Shown: positions 24,441-26,999 of the stretch, piece by piece | How positions within the stretch are numbered: the first letter of the stretch is position 1 | Layout of the letters: the number at the start of each line of letters is the position of its first letter | IMG/VR virus record: IMGVR_UViG_3300022201_000003 | Span: 1 to 26,999 of that record | Strand: one strand, 5' to 3' | Length of the DNA stretch: 26,999 nt | DNA from: a virus | Taxonomy: Duplodnaviria; Caudoviricetes | Notes under the pieces: generated by a model | What the model was told of the DNA's origin: nothing | Databases searched by the model: none | What the model saw: only the letters and a program-made list of their open reading frames with translations | Translations under genes and position numbers: made by a program

Positions 24441-26998
24441 CCTGCCATGTCCTTTGTCTTCATGCTCAACACGAGCGCCGAGATCGTAGCCGGGTACGGC
24501 GCTTTCATCTCTATGTTCACGCGACTGTCCGTCGACCACTCACCTGCGAATGAAGTGGCGTCATAGTTGTAGGCCGCCAACACATCTGTACTTGTGAGGG
24601 CTTCGCCGCGCAGCTCCTGCCGGATCTTGCGCAGATCGCGAGAGGTGAACGATTTGCCTATGCGAATACCTTCGAGCATGACGTCGTTCATGACGATGCC
24701 CAAGTGCGACACGCGTTTGCGCTGCGTGAGCGCAGTCCCGAGCTCGGAACCGTAAGCCAGGTCGGTGGACGTCCACTTGCCGGTGTAAGGCAACCCAACC
24801 ACATAGTCCACCACCGCAGTGGTGGTCGTAATCGAGCCGCTGGAAACGGTCAGCATGGCGCTTTGGTCGGCGATAACCGCGCCGTCCGCCCAGACAATGA
24901 CCTGCTCGCCTTCGAGATGGTCGAGGCCGGAAATCGTGGTCGACGACGCCTGAGTACCCGTGACGAAGCTGTCCGCCATCAGGTTCTGATTGCCGCCCAG
25001 CGCGCTGCTGAGCGGCGCCATCTCTTCCAAGTAGCGAACGGTGGAGCTGTCGATCGTACGCTGAACGAGCGCGAAGACCCGATCTTCACCATTAGCTGGT
25101 AGTATACCGATATCCTCGATCGTACCGCCTGGCAGCACAACCCGCGTCCACGCGAGAACCTCTTCCTCTATCTCGTACACCAGCACGCGTGCTTCGCCGT
25201 TAGCAAGCAGGAACCAAATCCGTGTATCCGGATAGCGCTGCACGGCCAACCTGGTCACGCCACCGCCATCCAGGATCTCGCGATGGAACTTGGTCAGCTC
25301 GAAAGAGAAGTAGTCATTTCGATTTGGGTCGTAAGCAAACCGGTAAGCGCGTTGGCTGGAGCGCTGGACGTAGATCGCCTCGCTGTCGATCTTGGCCGTC
25401 GCCAGGTCCACACTCCCGCGGGTGGAGGCGGTACGTGGCACGAAATTACCCGCCGTGATCGGCTCGTCGAACGATGAAGCGCGAATAGAAATCTCAGCCG
25501 TGGTGGTGCCCGCAGCCAGCCGCTGAAGCCCCTCCAGCCATAATATGCCGTCGGTCGTGTCTGCGCCGATCGAACGCACCACCGGTGCGCTGTCGCCAAG
25601 GTCCTCATCGGATTGATCGTCATACTTATTGAAAGCATCTGACGCAGACCCGTATACCCTGTTACCTCGGCCCCACCAGAGCCGGCCGTCGAAGAAGCTA
25701 ACCGAAGTCGGCCACCCATTCCTGTCCGACCAAGTTCCGCGGTCCCATTGGGTCGTGGCTGTCGTCTCCGCGAGCGGCGTCAACACTTCAACTTCGAGGG
25801 TGCTCTCGTCAGTAAACTCGAGTACACGCACAATGCCGCGGGTGACACCGCCTTCATAATCCAACTGAACTTCGGCCGTGCCACTGCTGAGTGAGACGGC
25901 ACGCCAACGATAATAGACAATGGAGTTGTTGAGCCCATCGTTGAAGTCGGTTTTGGTTATGTTTGAAGTGAATTCTTTGAAACTCGAATGATCGTTGTCG
26001 TTGCCGATTGAACGATCAAGCGAAATCGTACCTGTCCATGTACCCGTGATGCTGTAATCAAATCGCCGGTCGGTCCCGCCAGAACCGGTGACCACGATGC
26101 TGGAAGAGTTCTGTCCGCCGGCTGTAAGAGATGCTTCAACAAACTGCGAGAAATGGATCAGTCGATATAGCGAACCTACGTCGTCTGCCGAGAAAATAGG
26201 CTCGTTCGCGGTTAGAGTGCCGTTTCCTGATTGTACGCTGCATGTGAGGGACACACTCTCGTCGGGCAGGAGATCGAAAGGCCCATCGGGAACCTTGTAA
26301 CGCACCACGGACCACGAGGTCTGGCCGCGCCGCTCAACGCGACGCTGTTGTTTGCTAGATGACGCGACAAAAAGCACGTCTCCAGATTGATCATATTTCA
26401 AGCTACTGAGTTCCGAAGTCGCCCACGGGTGCTCGACAAGTATATCGCCGGAGCTCGCTATCTCGCAGCTGTCGACTTTTGCTTCCTTGTTCTCGGGGTT
26501 TTGTAGTTCGACATAGATGGTGGTGACAGTGTCGCCTGGCGTGAACGCCAAGCTGTGAAAACCCTCTTCGAGATCGGTGTAAGAAATAAGCTCCTCACCA
26601 CCGGCCGTCGTGCCAATATGCAGATGGATAGGCCCGACAGCCACATCTATTTCAATGGCGTGCTCAACCGTGTCATCAACACCGGAAACGGTCACCGCCT
26701 GCCGGGCGATAGCTGTCGCCGCGCCGGTACCCGTGAGTACGAGGAACCCGCCAGAGACAGCCGCCGTGGCCCCGACATCACTCTCGTCCGTCCACCCCGT
26801 GAAGACGCTGAAATCGCCCGAAGTTATGGCGGTCGACACCGAGGCGCGCGTCAGATATGCGCTGGTATCAGCGTCAAAGACCCGCATGCCATCCGACGAG
26901 AAATGAAGCAGCGCATTCTCTGTGCTGCCCTTGATAAACTCCAGAAAGATGTTGTCGGCCTCGTTAACCGGCGCAGTAGCCTTGTAGCCAAAGCCGCC
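24437..26998 (-). CDS. Tail tubular protein B/nozzle-like protein (5'-partial)
   Basis: The frame is open to the window edge (GGFGYK...LEF...MRVF). Contains QSGDVLF, WSDRNGWPTSVSFFDGRLWW, AWTR, SGLDHLEGEQV and VVGLPY motifs of podovirus tail tube B/P22 gp10-like proteins. Confidence 0.85.
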   Translation of the reverse strand, partial: GGFGYKATAPVNEADNIFLEFIKGSTENALLHFSSDGMRVFDADTSAYLTRASVSTAITSGDFSVFTGWTDESDVGATAAVSGGFLVLTGTGAATAIARQAVTVSGVDDTVEHAIEIDVAVGPIHLHIGTTAGGEELISYTDLEEGFHSLAFTPGDTVTTIYVELQNPENKEAKVDSCEIASSGDILVEHPWATSELSSLKYDQSGDVLFVASSSKQQRRVERRGQTSWSVVRYKVPDGPFDLLPDESVSLTCSVQSGNGTLTANEPIFSADDVGSLYRLIHFSQFVEASLTAGGQNSSSIVVTGSGGTDRRFDYSITGTWTGTISLDRSIGNDNDHSSFKEFTSNITKTDFNDGLNNSIVYYRWRAVSLSSGTAEVQLDYEGGVTRGIVRVLEFTDESTLEVEVLTPLAETTATTQWDRGTWSDRNGWPTSVSFFDGRLWWGRGNRVYGSASDAFNKYDDQSDEDLGDSAPVVRSIGADTTDGILWLEGLQRLAAGTTTAEISIRASSFDEPITAGNFVPRTASTRGSVDLATAKIDSEAIYVQRSSQRAYRFAYDPNRNDYFSFELTKFHREILDGGGVTRLAVQRYPDTRIWFLLANGEARVLVYEIEEEVLAWTRVVLPGGTIEDIGILPANGEDRVFALVQRTIDSSTVRYLEEMAPLSSALGGNQNLMADSFVTGTQASSTTISGLDHLEGEQVIVWADGAVIADQSAMLTVSSGSITTTTAVVDYVVGLPYTGKWTSTDLAYGSELGTALTQRKRVSHLGIVMNDVMLEGIRIGKSFTSRDLRKIRQELRGEALTSTDVLAAYNYDATSFAGEWSTDSRVNIEMKAPYPATISALVLSMKTKDMAG

Positions 26999-26999
26999 G

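Larger units (their letters stand above)
1..26999. mobile_element. Segment of a tailed phage/prophage genome (podovirus-like; replication arm converging on virion and lysis arm)
   Basis: Contains PolA, primase-helicase, tail tubular protein B-like, ejection proteins, tail fibre, endolysin, holin and spanin-like genes. Genes are densely packed with ATGA/TGATG overlaps and no host housekeeping genes are present. No integrase or att site lies in the window, so free phage versus prophage cannot be decided. Confidence 0.95.

Noticed and set aside
1-26999. CRISPR array, tRNA, DGR (TR/VR plus reverse transcriptase), integrase/att, intron or intein
   Set aside because: No regularly spaced repeats, cloverleaf, reverse transcriptase or recombinase motifs were seen by eye, and polA and the primase are uninterrupted.
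1-26999. Stop-codon reassignment
   Set aside because: Genes are full length in the standard code, and TAA, TAG and TGA all serve as stops with tight coupling to the next gene.

Overview
The window is part of a tailed dsDNA phage or prophage genome with podovirus-type architecture. The host is probably an alphaproteobacterium, inferred from spanin style and cTTGAC/gcTATAT promoter motifs. A + strand replication arm (1-5721) carries a partial SSB-like gene, a family A DNA polymerase, a Cys-rich protein, a RepB-type primase fused to a P-loop helicase, and a DUF6378-like protein. It converges at a terminator near 5720-5753 with a long - strand late arm. Read from the right end, that arm encodes tail tubular protein B (partial), a GNAT-like protein, three internal/ejection proteins (one with a lytic transglycosylase), a tail fibre, an apparently frameshifted fibre-associated gene, and a lysis region. 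Downstream of lysis is a second block of about 6.3 kb of acidic, Thr/Gly-rich structural-type genes with its own promoter. The most notable observations are: (i) that post-lysis cassette, whose two large proteins share a C-terminal motif; (ii) tandem 99-aa paralogues, each followed by a conserved promoter-like motif and a CUCC-loop hairpin, the last leading into an ORF-less, highly structured candidate sRNA of about 225 nt; (iii) an o-spanin-like lipoprotein encoded antisense, 2 kb from its i-spanin partner; (iv) a -1 frame break in the gene after the tail fibre; (v) non-canonical catalytic motifs in the polymerase (Leu762/Phe766 equivalents) and helicase (Walker A GIGRS). All family assignments are motif recognition by eye, not database searches.
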